Shown here: positions 19,542 through 28,029 of the stretch, piece by piece
Numbering within the stretch: the first letter of the stretch is position 1
How the letters are laid out: every line of letters begins with the position of its first letter
Origin: a virus
Lineage: Duplodnaviria; Caudoviricetes
IMG/VR virus record: IMGVR_UViG_3300044724_008437
Coordinates: 1 to 62,374 of that record
DNA: 62,374 nt
Reading direction: 5' to 3' (one strand)
The notes under the pieces: model-generated
Database searches by the model: none
What the model was told of the DNA's origin: nothing
The model's input: the letters and a program-made list of their open reading frames with translations, nothing else
Made by a program: the position numbers and the translations under genes

Positions 19542-22500
19542 TCTCTACCTCGTCTGCTGCAGTCAGTTCACCACGTCTGTAAGCAGCGAGTGCATCACGA
19601 GTAGTCTTAAATCTGGAAACTCCAGACTTAGTAGGCTTACTGGCCGCAGTAGCTTTATAAAGCCCTGCCATAGCTTCCTGTTTAGGATATGCAAGGATGG
19701 TGTTCTTATTTCGATCACCCAACACATTGTTAGAAAGCATAAGCTTTTTGCTATCTTCTACTGCGCCTTGGGTAACTGGTACGTGTACCTGCAGGGCATC
19801 GCCGTCATAGTCTAGGTTCATGCCATCCTCCATAAACGGATTAACCTGTATAGTTTTACCGGCTACGGGTTTCGGAGTGAAAGCTATCATATTAAACCTG
19901 TGTAGTGAGGGCGCTCGATTAAGTATAGCGGGTCTTTGTCTAGACTCTATAAGAAGCTCTTCTCTAGCCGGAGGAGACTTGTTCTCTACCATCTCTTTAG
20001 CCCGGATAGCCGAGTGTCCCTTCTTTACTAGGTTTTTTATAACAAACGGAGAGTACATAGACCACATCATATCCTCTGGTAAACCCACCTCATCCATGCC
20101 CAGACTTGGATCTGGCGCAGCTGTTCCTCTCCCTGTGAAATCTAGTCTTCGAGCTAGAACCTTACCGTTAAAGAAACCGGTCTTTGTCCCAGTTATAGTG
20201 TTAACTATCCCTTTAACTTGCTTAGAAGCTAAGGCACTAGACACTGGTGGCCGAGTACCAACAACAGCACCCGCGGCATCAGCCATGTGCTTCCTCATCT
20301 CACCTACGTCGCTATCGGGTAAACCTAGATCCTTCGCTTCTTGTAATTTGTCTTTGGCTAAGATTAAGTCCTTATAAACATGGTTAATATCCGAGATGAG
20401 TAGGTCTCCCTTAGCACCAGGAACTATGGGCCTTAGCTTAGGGGGTAGCACAGGAAAAGCCTTCATAGTGTAGGCATCTCCGGCTTTTAGGCTGTTCTGC
20501 TTTAGGGCACTAAGAGCCTTTATCTGCTTGTAGTGGTTATCTTTATCAGATCCCTTTTTCCTACCTATCTCTGATTTAAGCTCTTCTAGCCTAGAGTCTA
20601 TATTTATATCATTTAGCTTAGACCTAATATGATCTCCGCCCTTGTCTGCTAGCTCCTTAGTTAAGCCGGACTCGGTCATACCCAGAAGGCGCCTTGTAGC
20701 ATCAGTAAATATAGGGTTAACTACAGGCTCAGGTAACTCTATATGAGTCCACTTAGTTCCTATGACACCTCCGGTCTTTCCTATATCAAATAAGCCCCCA
20801 GACTCGCTCTTTAGGTTCTTAGCTAAAACCATACGACCATTCTGTATTTCCCCGTTAGACATCTGGCGTACCTCACCGTCTGTCATAGGGGATATAGTCA
20901 TGTCGTTGCCAGATTTCTTAAACCTAAGGCCGGCACCTGCTAACATACCCTTAAACTTATCGAAGGCAAAGCTAGACTTAGGCGGAGGTAAAGGCCTACC
21001 TAGTTGCATAGCGCGCCAATACTCAGTGTTACGCGTACCCTTTAGAATAGCGTTTTCTTTTAATATATCCCGAGCATCATGGGCAAGAAGAGCATTAATC
21101 TCCATTTGCCCTGTACCTTTAGCACCAGTTACCCCGCCCTTACTGGGGGCGTCATGCAGATCGTAACCGCCATCTAAGCCTCTAGCGGCGTAGTTAGTAT
21201 CAGTAGACTTAAATAGCTTATAAGTATACTGAGGACCCACCATTATGTTTGGTATCTTTTTACCGGTAATCGGATCGTAGACGGTTTCTTTGTCCTTTAC
21301 CCCATGCTTCTTCATTAGGCCACGTACCCACTCTACGTTATTTCTCTTCTTGAATGAAGGTATAGCAATAGGGTTGCCTGTTTTCTCAGCTACCTTCGCT
21401 GCGGCAGTTTCTATAACCTGTGAAGGATTTATGCGGCTAACAACCCCAAGGGAGCTCCATAAAATATCAAGGGGTTTCCCACCCTCATCTTGGACCATAG
21501 ACTCATCGTCTACGATCTTACTGATTACACCTTTGCCCCCGTAGCGGTTACTTACTTTGTCGCCAACTTTAAGAGGCTCTATGCTCTTAACCACGATGGT
21601 AGTGCGCTTACCCTCTTTCTCAACGGCAACTACCTCTCCCTCAGAAGACTTATCCCATGTGTCACTAGCATCAGAGTACTCTTGCCGTAGGGACTTGTGT
21701 ACTTTACCTAGTATTTGGTTTTCTATTGATGGAGTTCTCTTACGCAGGACAGTAGCTATAGGATCTCCTGCCTTAAGCTTTGTGCCTACTTTGACAACTC
21801 CTTTGTCTAGCCTACTGTATTGATCTTTGTTAAATACCCTAGGGAAATTAGCTGAGTGCTTGTTATGATCAACTCTGGTATCCCGATCTTCCTCTATAAC
21901 ATACTTGGTCATGTTGGTAGAGGCCATACGTTGGGTGGCTCCCTTACTCATAACAACCGCATCATTTGAGTTTAAACCATGGTAAGCTAGATACCCTACC
22001 TTTAGATTCATACCTAGAGCTAGGGTACCATCTTTGGTAAAGTTAGTGTCTAGTATGCGCTGCCCAGCTTTTACCTTATCTCCAGGTTTAACTATAGCGC
22101 TACCCTCTAAGAAAGTCTTAGAGGCTAAGGGCATATTACGGGGTATCTCTGTTTCTATATCTTTTCCCGAGGCGTCACGTATAACTATCTTGTCTTTAGT
22201 AACAGACTTAACAACGCCTGCAGCCTTACTAGTTATGCCGTAGGTTGAATTTAGACCTACTGCTCTCTCAACAGACGAGTCCTCGTCTTCTCTATCCTCG
22301 AAACCCCCAGATTGAACTAGAGGTTTTTCCCGGTTAATAAGGGGCATAGCTTGCCCAACCATCTTGGCACCCATGATAACGCGATTGCCCTGAGTACTAT
22401 CCAGTAGAGGAACTAGGTTAGTATTAACTGTATTAAGATTAGTGTGTCTACCTACCGCGTAGTCTACCTCAGAGGGCTTAACCTTCCCTACCTTGCCTCG

Positions 22501-23892
22501 TACCATAGCGTCTACCCTACCGCTCTTAAGGTCTTGATTAGGGAAAGCTATGACTTTCTTGGCTATATCTTTTGCGGCTACGTTAACAGTTTTACGAGTT
22601 TTAGGGTCTATAAACGTGCCGTAAAGGTTTCCTTGATCATCTCTACGCGCACCCAAGGTAAACCTTTGGTCTATACCTACGTTACCTGACTCAGGCGTTC
22701 TAAAGGCGTCTATAACTCCCAGCATTGAGCTGTGCAGCTTTCTAGCGGAGGCTGGAACAGCCCTGTCGCTAGATATACCACCTTCACCAAGCCTAGTTAC
22801 GGCCATTGCACTATCCATAATCTCAACAGGATTTATCTGAGAAGGAAGGCTAGCTAACTGAGCGGAAGCTAAAAACTTTTTTAACTCATTGCTAGTAGCT
22901 GTAGAAGGCATAACTTTATTTACGTCTACGTTAGGACTAAGATCTAGCTTATTGCGTATCTTCCACTGCAGTTCCCGGGCCTTCAACTCTAGGCGCTCTT
23001 TGAATATATCTTCTGGACCAACTACTTTTTGAAACTCTAGAGAATCACGCTCGTCCTCATCTTCCTCACCTCGATATACCTTTAAAAGCTTCTGGCTAGC
23101 AGTAAGCAGGGCCTCGGGGGTAACCTTAGCGAAGCCCTTACGCAGGGTAGACTTTGTAGTTTCCTCGTCTAGCACAGTGTTATCATAGGACCGCAGAATT
23201 GCTTGAGCCTTCTCTTTTCTACCCGAGTGTAAGCCTTGCTCAGCCTTGGGCACTACTTTCTGGTACAGCTTATCTACTGCTGAGGTAGCCGACTTAGCGT
23301 ACATGTCTCTATTTCGGTTGGTAAGCTCAGAGCCCCAGTACTTACTTATATCAGTATCTTGGAGACCCATTTCTTTTAAAATTGGGTACATCGGTATCTT
23401 GGAACTTCCGTACTCCATCTGAAGGCCGCCTTTAGTAGCATTCATGCTAAGCCTAAAGTTAGCTCCCTTAGCTAAGTTAAAGCTGGATTCCAGCTCTTCG
23501 CTACCCCTTTTTCGCGTGTACACTCCGGGCCTAGTACGTAACTGATGCTTAAGAGCGTACTCGTTACCTCCTACAACAAAGGTATTATGGTGAGTAACTC
23601 TAGGCAAATGCATAACAGTATGGTTTTTTTTGCGAGATACAATGTTACCTTGCTTGTCTTTTACAACTAGGCTTGCCTTTATAGGCTCATAAATAGAGCC
23701 TCCCTTAAACAGGGCTTTTTTGTGGTCAGCAAAGCTAATAGGCTTCTGCTTTACCTCAAAGTTATCGGCTTCGATAGTATGGTGAGTGCCGATAATAGGG
23801 AACAAACTCTTTATGCCTTCTAAGGTTTTAGCGCGTAGCAGCTCTTGACGAGCTTCAGGAGTTTGAAACAGGGGTCTTACCTTATCTACCAT
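19528..23892 (-). CDS. rpoB: RNA polymerase beta subunit fused to the N-terminal (catalytic) half of beta'
   Basis: Beta motifs RTPESGNVG, NRVIMGAKMVGQA, GDKVSNRYGGKG, GVVSRIN and GQMEINAL; beta' motifs PVLPPKLRP, RRLDFTGR, LNRAPSLHR and catalytic NLDYDGD. Confidence 0.95.
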   Translation of the reverse strand: MVDKVRPLFQTPEARQELLRAKTLEGIKSLFPIIGTHHTIEADNFEVKQKPISFADHKKALFKGGSIYEPIKASLVVKDKQGNIVSRKKNHTVMHLPRVTHHNTFVVGGNEYALKHQLRTRPGVYTRKRGSEELESSFNLAKGANFRLSMNATKGGLQMEYGSSKIPMYPILKEMGLQDTDISKYWGSELTNRNRDMYAKSATSAVDKLYQKVVPKAEQGLHSGRKEKAQAILRSYDNTVLDEETTKSTLRKGFAKVTPEALLTASQKLLKVYRGEEDEDERDSLEFQKVVGPEDIFKERLELKARELQWKIRNKLDLSPNVDVNKVMPSTATSNELKKFLASAQLASLPSQINPVEIMDSAMAVTRLGEGGISSDRAVPASARKLHSSMLGVIDAFRTPESGNVGIDQRFTLGARRDDQGNLYGTFIDPKTRKTVNVAAKDIAKKVIAFPNQDLKSGRVDAMVRGKVGKVKPSEVDYAVGRHTNLNTVNTNLVPLLDSTQGNRVIMGAKMVGQAMPLINREKPLVQSGGFEDREDEDSSVERAVGLNSTYGITSKAAGVVKSVTKDKIVIRDASGKDIETEIPRNMPLASKTFLEGSAIVKPGDKVKAGQRILDTNFTKDGTLALGMNLKVGYLAYHGLNSNDAVVMSKGATQRMASTNMTKYVIEEDRDTRVDHNKHSANFPRVFNKDQYSRLDKGVVKVGTKLKAGDPIATVLRKRTPSIENQILGKVHKSLRQEYSDASDTWDKSSEGEVVAVEKEGKRTTIVVKSIEPLKVGDKVSNRYGGKGVISKIVDDESMVQDEGGKPLDILWSSLGVVSRINPSQVIETAAAKVAEKTGNPIAIPSFKKRNNVEWVRGLMKKHGVKDKETVYDPITGKKIPNIMVGPQYTYKLFKSTDTNYAARGLDGGYDLHDAPSKGGVTGAKGTGQMEINALLAHDARDILKENAILKGTRNTEYWRAMQLGRPLPPPKSSFAFDKFKGMLAGAGLRFKKSGNDMTISPMTDGEVRQMSNGEIQNGRMVLAKNLKSESGGLFDIGKTGGVIGTKWTHIELPEPVVNPIFTDATRRLLGMTESGLTKELADKGGDHIRSKLNDINIDSRLEELKSEIGRKKGSDKDNHYKQIKALSALKQNSLKAGDAYTMKAFPVLPPKLRPIVPGAKGDLLISDINHVYKDLILAKDKLQEAKDLGLPDSDVGEMRKHMADAAGAVVGTRPPVSSALASKQVKGIVNTITGTKTGFFNGKVLARRLDFTGRGTAAPDPSLGMDEVGLPEDMMWSMYSPFVIKNLVKKGHSAIRAKEMVENKSPPAREELLIESRQRPAILNRAPSLHRFNMIAFTPKPVAGKTIQVNPFMEDGMNLDYDGDALQVHVPVTQGAVEDSKKLMLSNNVLGDRNKNTILAYPKQEAMAGLYKATAASKPTKSGVSRFKTTRDALAAYRRGELTAADEVEIEND

Positions 23893-23923
23893 GGCTATTC
23901 TCGCACAAATAGGGGTATTTATA

Positions 23924-23939
23924 TGTCATAAGTATACGC
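23924..23939. promoter_or_regulatory. Divergent promoter element TGTCATAAGTATACGC
   Basis: 15/16 identical to 27983-27998; both lie at strand switches. Confidence 0.65.
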
Positions 23940-24016
23940 AGAGTCTTCCATGCCCACAACATGGCTTGGCTCTCATCTAGCCACGGGGAGGTTTGAATCC
24001 TCCCCCACTTACGCCA
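23937..24016 (+). ncRNA. tRNA-like element (CAU anticodon; degenerate tRNA-Met/fMet-like)
   Basis: CCATG/CATGG arm; TGGCT-CTCATCT-AGCCA anticodon arm; GGAGG-TTTGAAT-CCTCC T-arm; 3' CCA; imperfect acceptor stem. Confidence 0.45.
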
Positions 24017-24032
24017 TGAAAGGAGATACTCC

Positions 24033-25310
24033 ATGGCAAAGACTAAGAAGGGCGCAAGCCCCGCTAAGGGCTTCGAGCCCTCTATACGGGACCAGGTGGC
24101 GCAGAACCACCTGCAGCTCCGGCAGAAATTCTTCGCTTACGACAAGGCCGTCAAGGCGCCGTCGGTAGCGGGGAAGCTGGACAACTTCACTCTGCGCGTT
24201 AATCGCCAGGGTGAGGTTAGTGGCACCGAGCGCGCGCGCTTCACTGCGCAGCTCGAGCTGCTACTGGGGGCCGTCCAGATCCGCAAGAAAACGGATCCTG
24301 AAGGGACTACGGGCTCTGTGCAGACCAGCTGGGCGACTTCGCCCCTGGCGCAGAGCCTAGCGCTCGACCCCACCCGGACCTTCGAGGTCGCGGTGCGGGC
24401 ACCGGATAGGCCCAACCCTGACCGGGCACAGGAGGTGCTCCAATGGGTTCACTCGGCAGAGGAGCTGAGCCCCTACATGGGGCTCGCGCCCAACGAGAGG
24501 GGGGGCCACGTGGTCATCCCTGGCATGGGGATACTCCTCTCAAAGCTGCCCTTAGTGGTGGTAGAGAGGGAGGGCACTGGGGAGGTCGTCGCGATGGCGA
24601 CCTTCAAGGTCGCTTTAGCGACTAAGAGCCGCGGCCGGTGGGCTAAGCCCACTGCCGCTGAGGCCAAGGCCGAGGCGGAGGCTAAGGCTAAGGCTGAGGC
24701 GGAGGCTGAGGCCAAAGCTGAGGCTGAGGCTAAGGCTAAGTCCAAGGCCGAGGCCGCCGAGGCGCTCACCGCCCTCTTTGCTGAGGTCGAGGCTGAGGCC
24801 GTCGCCGAGGCGGAGCGGGCTGAGCACGCTCGCCTTCAGGCGGAGTGGGCTGCCACGGTCGAGGGGCGCGATGAGCTCCGGGCCGCCTGGGGGCCGGTGC
24901 TCTACGGGCACAATAAAGCCCGGGAGGAGGGGGAGTTCGCTCGACGATCCTTAAAGGCGCTAGTGCGGCCTGACAGGGCCCCTGCAGCTGAGCACCTCCG
25001 GGCCCTCAGGGGCTACCTGGGGAGCTACCAGGGAGCTCCCACATGGGCTCAGGTTGCTCAGTGGACGGTCGCCTCGATGGAAGGCCGCTCGGGGCGAACG
25101 CTCCAAGAGTGCCTCGACATGGCATATAGGGACCTTCCCACTCTGTACGACGGTACAGAGTGGCTCTCCTTCGACGGCGAGACCGTCAGGGAGATCCCGG
25201 CCCTGGAGGAGCTCTCCGCCTACACCAGGGAAACCTGGGAGTGGGCTCTCTACGAGAGCCCTGTAGTCACGGAGGAGGAGCGTGAGAGGCTCCTCGAGCT
25301 CGCCAGCTAG
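24033..25310 (+). CDS. Hypothetical early protein with an (AEAKAK)n helical repeat
   Basis: Strong AAGGAG SD; visibly more GC-rich than its flanks. Confidence 0.85.
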   Translation: MAKTKKGASPAKGFEPSIRDQVAQNHLQLRQKFFAYDKAVKAPSVAGKLDNFTLRVNRQGEVSGTERARFTAQLELLLGAVQIRKKTDPEGTTGSVQTSWATSPLAQSLALDPTRTFEVAVRAPDRPNPDRAQEVLQWVHSAEELSPYMGLAPNERGGHVVIPGMGILLSKLPLVVVEREGTGEVVAMATFKVALATKSRGRWAKPTAAEAKAEAEAKAKAEAEAEAKAEAEAKAKSKAEAAEALTALFAEVEAEAVAEAERAEHARLQAEWAATVEGRDELRAAWGPVLYGHNKAREEGEFARRSLKALVRPDRAPAAEHLRALRGYLGSYQGAPTWAQVAQWTVASMEGRSGRTLQECLDMAYRDLPTLYDGTEWLSFDGETVREIPALEELSAYTRETWEWALYESPVVTEEERERLLELAS

Positions 25311-25809
25311 AATACCTGGTAATATCTTCTGGCATCCCCAGAAGAGAACCCTAGTGAGAGTTCATCCTAGCCTAGTGGAAAAGGCTAAGGGTGAAGTCTA
25401 CGAGGGCTTCTCGGGAGATAGTCAGGTAGACTACCAGGGCTTCATCCTAGCGGCCGGAGCAGAAGTATATCTGCTAGCCGGCCTGCTGGGACTAGGGATA
25501 GGATACCTGTTGGCCTCAAGAAACAGGTGTCCTAGCCCGGGTTGCCCCACCAAGGTTTATCCTTACGGTGGGAAGCCTCACACGGGCCCCTTCGGGGGCT
25601 TAAGTGACACTGGCCATATAGTGGTAGGGAATCGTGAATTCGATCCAGATCACTTAAGGATGGCCGGGCCCCTAAAACAACTCAAAGATGGGAAGAAATT
25701 CCTAGACGTGAGTCACGGATGGATAAACCCAGACGAGCTAGCTAAGCTTGTCAAGGCCCACAACCGTGAGGGGTATCGGACCAGGAAAGGAGGTAGGCAT
25801 GCTCGTTGA
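25282..25809 (+). CDS. Hypothetical protein with one transmembrane segment (start uncertain)
   Basis: ORF track; VYLLAGLLGLGIGYLLA. Confidence 0.55.
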   Translation: MRGSSSSPARIPGNIFWHPQKRTLVRVHPSLVEKAKGEVYEGFSGDSQVDYQGFILAAGAEVYLLAGLLGLGIGYLLASRNRCPSPGCPTKVYPYGGKPHTGPFGGLSDTGHIVVGNREFDPDHLRMAGPLKQLKDGKKFLDVSHGWINPDELAKLVKAHNREGYRTRKGGRHAR

Positions 25810-25843
25810 CTGGAGTGGCCTATTCGACTGGTCCAAAAAATAG
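25799..25843 (+). CDS. Possible 14-aa micropeptide MLVDWSGLFDWSKK
   Basis: AAGGAGGT SD 4 nt upstream of the ATG. Confidence 0.35.
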   Translation: MLVDWSGLFDWSKK

Positions 25844-25856
25844 GGCCTAGGCCCTA
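25835..25856 (-). terminator. Intrinsic terminator for the portal operon (possibly bidirectional)
   Basis: Perfect palindrome TAGGGCCTAGGCCCTA followed by T6 on the minus strand, between convergent genes. Confidence 0.7.
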
Positions 25857-26234
25857 CTAGCTGAGGGGCTCCATCCATTCAAGATATACCTTGAATCCGG
25901 GTGAGCCCTTCAGATCCGCTACTTCTTTTTTAGCTAGTATAATCTCTCCGTTAGCTCCGCGTCTAAGTATATTATCGTATTCAGGGTTACCCTCAGCCGT
26001 AACCATAAACACTCGGGCATAGGGGATAAAATTCTGTTGCTGCTTTTTTTTAGCCCAGTCGGGTGGCTCTGCAGACTCTAGCTTTGTGTGTAGAGGATTA
26101 GCCTCTGGATCAAAGCCCTCAGGCGGATTAGGAATGCTAGGAAAAGGATCTGGTAGGGTGGGCCCCTCTTGATCTCCGGCTAGCTGAGAGATAGTGGTAA
26201 TAAAATCAGAGTCACTGCTCATAGATAAACTCAC
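25857..26234 (-). CDS. Hypothetical protein downstream of portal
   Basis: ORF overlapping the portal stop. Confidence 0.7.
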   Translation of the reverse strand: MSLSMSSDSDFITTISQLAGDQEGPTLPDPFPSIPNPPEGFDPEANPLHTKLESAEPPDWAKKKQQQNFIPYARVFMVTAEGNPEYDNILRRGANGEIILAKKEVADLKGSPGFKVYLEWMEPLS

Positions 26235-27955
26235 ATAGGTGGTGGGCCACCGCCCTGCATCTGGGCCATGGCTTGATTCTTTTGATCTAGCTGTAGCTGC
26301 TCAAGGCGCTGAATAACAACAGAATACATAACATAGTCTTCCGCCTGCAAGCTAGAGAGTTGTGACTTACGTGAACCGGGATCCATCTGCATAAGCTGCA
26401 TAGCTATGTTCTCTGCTTCACCGATTACAGCTTGCTGATCATAGTTTAGACCCCCTGGGGCCTGGTCCGCAGCCATTTGCCTTGCCTGCTGACTTAGGTC
26501 CTTTTGCATATCCATCATGTCCAGCTCTAGCTCTTTCTGGAATCTAGCGTCAGTTAGGTTCTCTTGCTTTATCTTCTCTCTCTCCTCGGCGATATCTATA
26601 CCGTGTGACTCAGCAACTGTAGTCTTACTTACCATACCCATCTGGAATAGCTGCATGACTAGCTGCTTCTGAGCTACATCATCTATCATCTTAAAATCAC
26701 CTAGACCTACTTGGCACTTTTCCCAGCCTAAGAACTTACCCATTTTGTTAGTAAGCCACCTAAGTAGCTGAGTTAACTGAAATACAGAAGACTCTAGCTG
26801 ATTCTCCAGCATTCTAAGAGTAACACTACTACCTGTATAGCTGAGTCCTCCATAGACAAACTCCTTGGGGAAGCCCATAGCAGCGATGATGTTATCTTCA
26901 GCTTGTTGAATTTCCGCGTTAACCATAAGAGCACGCCCTTCACCTCCTACTTGGCTAACGCCAACTGCAACGGGACTCATCATTATGTGATTAGGATCTC
27001 TCCTCCACTTAGAAATATTGTCCTCTACCTCAGACATAAACTTGCCCATAGACAGACTAAGGATAGGATCGGCATTACCGCTAATCGCCTGAGGGTGCAT
27101 TACTCGCATAGGTACTATACGCTCTAGAGCTATAGACTCATTAGCTTTACGGAGAACACTGGCGTGGTAGAATAGCGGCATGCACGCTACTAGGGGTGGG
27201 TAACCCCAACCACTCTCAACACCTGCCGGAGCGTCAGCGCGCATGTGAAATATCTCGTCGTTATTAAACTTAAATAGCTCACCTGCAGCAATTGTTTCTA
27301 GTATAGGCTTAGGTAGGGTAGTTATAAGGTGCTTATCGCCACCTTGAACCTTTGATTTAAGCTCACTAGGTACTTGCAAATAGTACTCTGACTCACTGGT
27401 TACTGAGTTATAACTTATCTGTATAAGCTTAGGATCCCAGCGTACTATGTTTATTTTTTCAGGAGATATCTGAAGGGTGTCAACGACAATAGAGGTAGCC
27501 TTGGTACCGCAATCCCCACAGGTATGTTTAAACTCGGCTGTGTTAGGGTTATAGGTATAGTCAATGATCTCAGCTACTTGCTTAAATTGACACTTTGAGC
27601 ACTTAAGGTATCTCTTAAACGGTAAGTGTATAGAAGTAAAGGAGTTACCGTAGACCTGCAGGTCAATAGAAGCTTTTATTAGATTACGCTTAATTCCTAC
27701 TATGTCTTCTAGTAACCTACGATATAGTGAGGTAAGCCTGTCACTCTCTGACATGTACTCTAACTCAGTTATTGGGTACTCCGCAAACTTGCGGGTTCCT
27801 GCAAAAATTTGAGCAGAGTTATAGTAGAGATACTCTGTCCACCGGAACAGCTGTTTTAAGTTTCTAGACGAGAAGGAGTGCGCCCATAGACGCATGGGAT
27901 CTCCGTAAACGCCGTTAGTTCCATTTGACATAGAACTGAACATATCACCCAGCAT
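26231..27955 (-). CDS. Putative portal protein with a CxxC...CxxC insertion
   Basis: 574 aa; portal-like layout (DLQVYGNSF, IFHMR, GWGYPPL, IIAAMGFPKEF); late strand. Confidence 0.65.
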   Translation of the reverse strand: MLGDMFSSMSNGTNGVYGDPMRLWAHSFSSRNLKQLFRWTEYLYYNSAQIFAGTRKFAEYPITELEYMSESDRLTSLYRRLLEDIVGIKRNLIKASIDLQVYGNSFTSIHLPFKRYLKCSKCQFKQVAEIIDYTYNPNTAEFKHTCGDCGTKATSIVVDTLQISPEKINIVRWDPKLIQISYNSVTSESEYYLQVPSELKSKVQGGDKHLITTLPKPILETIAAGELFKFNNDEIFHMRADAPAGVESGWGYPPLVACMPLFYHASVLRKANESIALERIVPMRVMHPQAISGNADPILSLSMGKFMSEVEDNISKWRRDPNHIMMSPVAVGVSQVGGEGRALMVNAEIQQAEDNIIAAMGFPKEFVYGGLSYTGSSVTLRMLENQLESSVFQLTQLLRWLTNKMGKFLGWEKCQVGLGDFKMIDDVAQKQLVMQLFQMGMVSKTTVAESHGIDIAEEREKIKQENLTDARFQKELELDMMDMQKDLSQQARQMAADQAPGGLNYDQQAVIGEAENIAMQLMQMDPGSRKSQLSSLQAEDYVMYSVVIQRLEQLQLDQKNQAMAQMQGGGPPPM

Positions 27956-27982
27956 AAGTCACCCTTAATATCTCTATTTTTG

Positions 27983-27998
27983 TGTTATAAGTATACGC
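27983..27998. promoter_or_regulatory. Divergent promoter element TGTTATAAGTATACGC
   Basis: Repeat of 23924-23939; lies between portal (-) and helicase (+). Confidence 0.65.
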
Positions 27999-28029
27999 CC
28001 ACGGCATTTATCTAGAAAGGAGATAACCA

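Noticed and set aside
22025-22037. 13-nt match GTACCATCTTTGG between array unit 1 and the RNAP gene
   Set aside because: About one such match is expected by chance when comparing ~600 nt with both strands of 62 kb
19820-22689. Plus-strand ORFs inside the RNAP gene, and similar short antisense ORFs elsewhere
   Set aside because: Fully nested opposite well-supported genes, with no motifs or SD support
23950-24168. 72-aa ORF over the tRNA-like element
   Set aside because: No SD, and it overlaps the strongly supported 24033 gene out of frame
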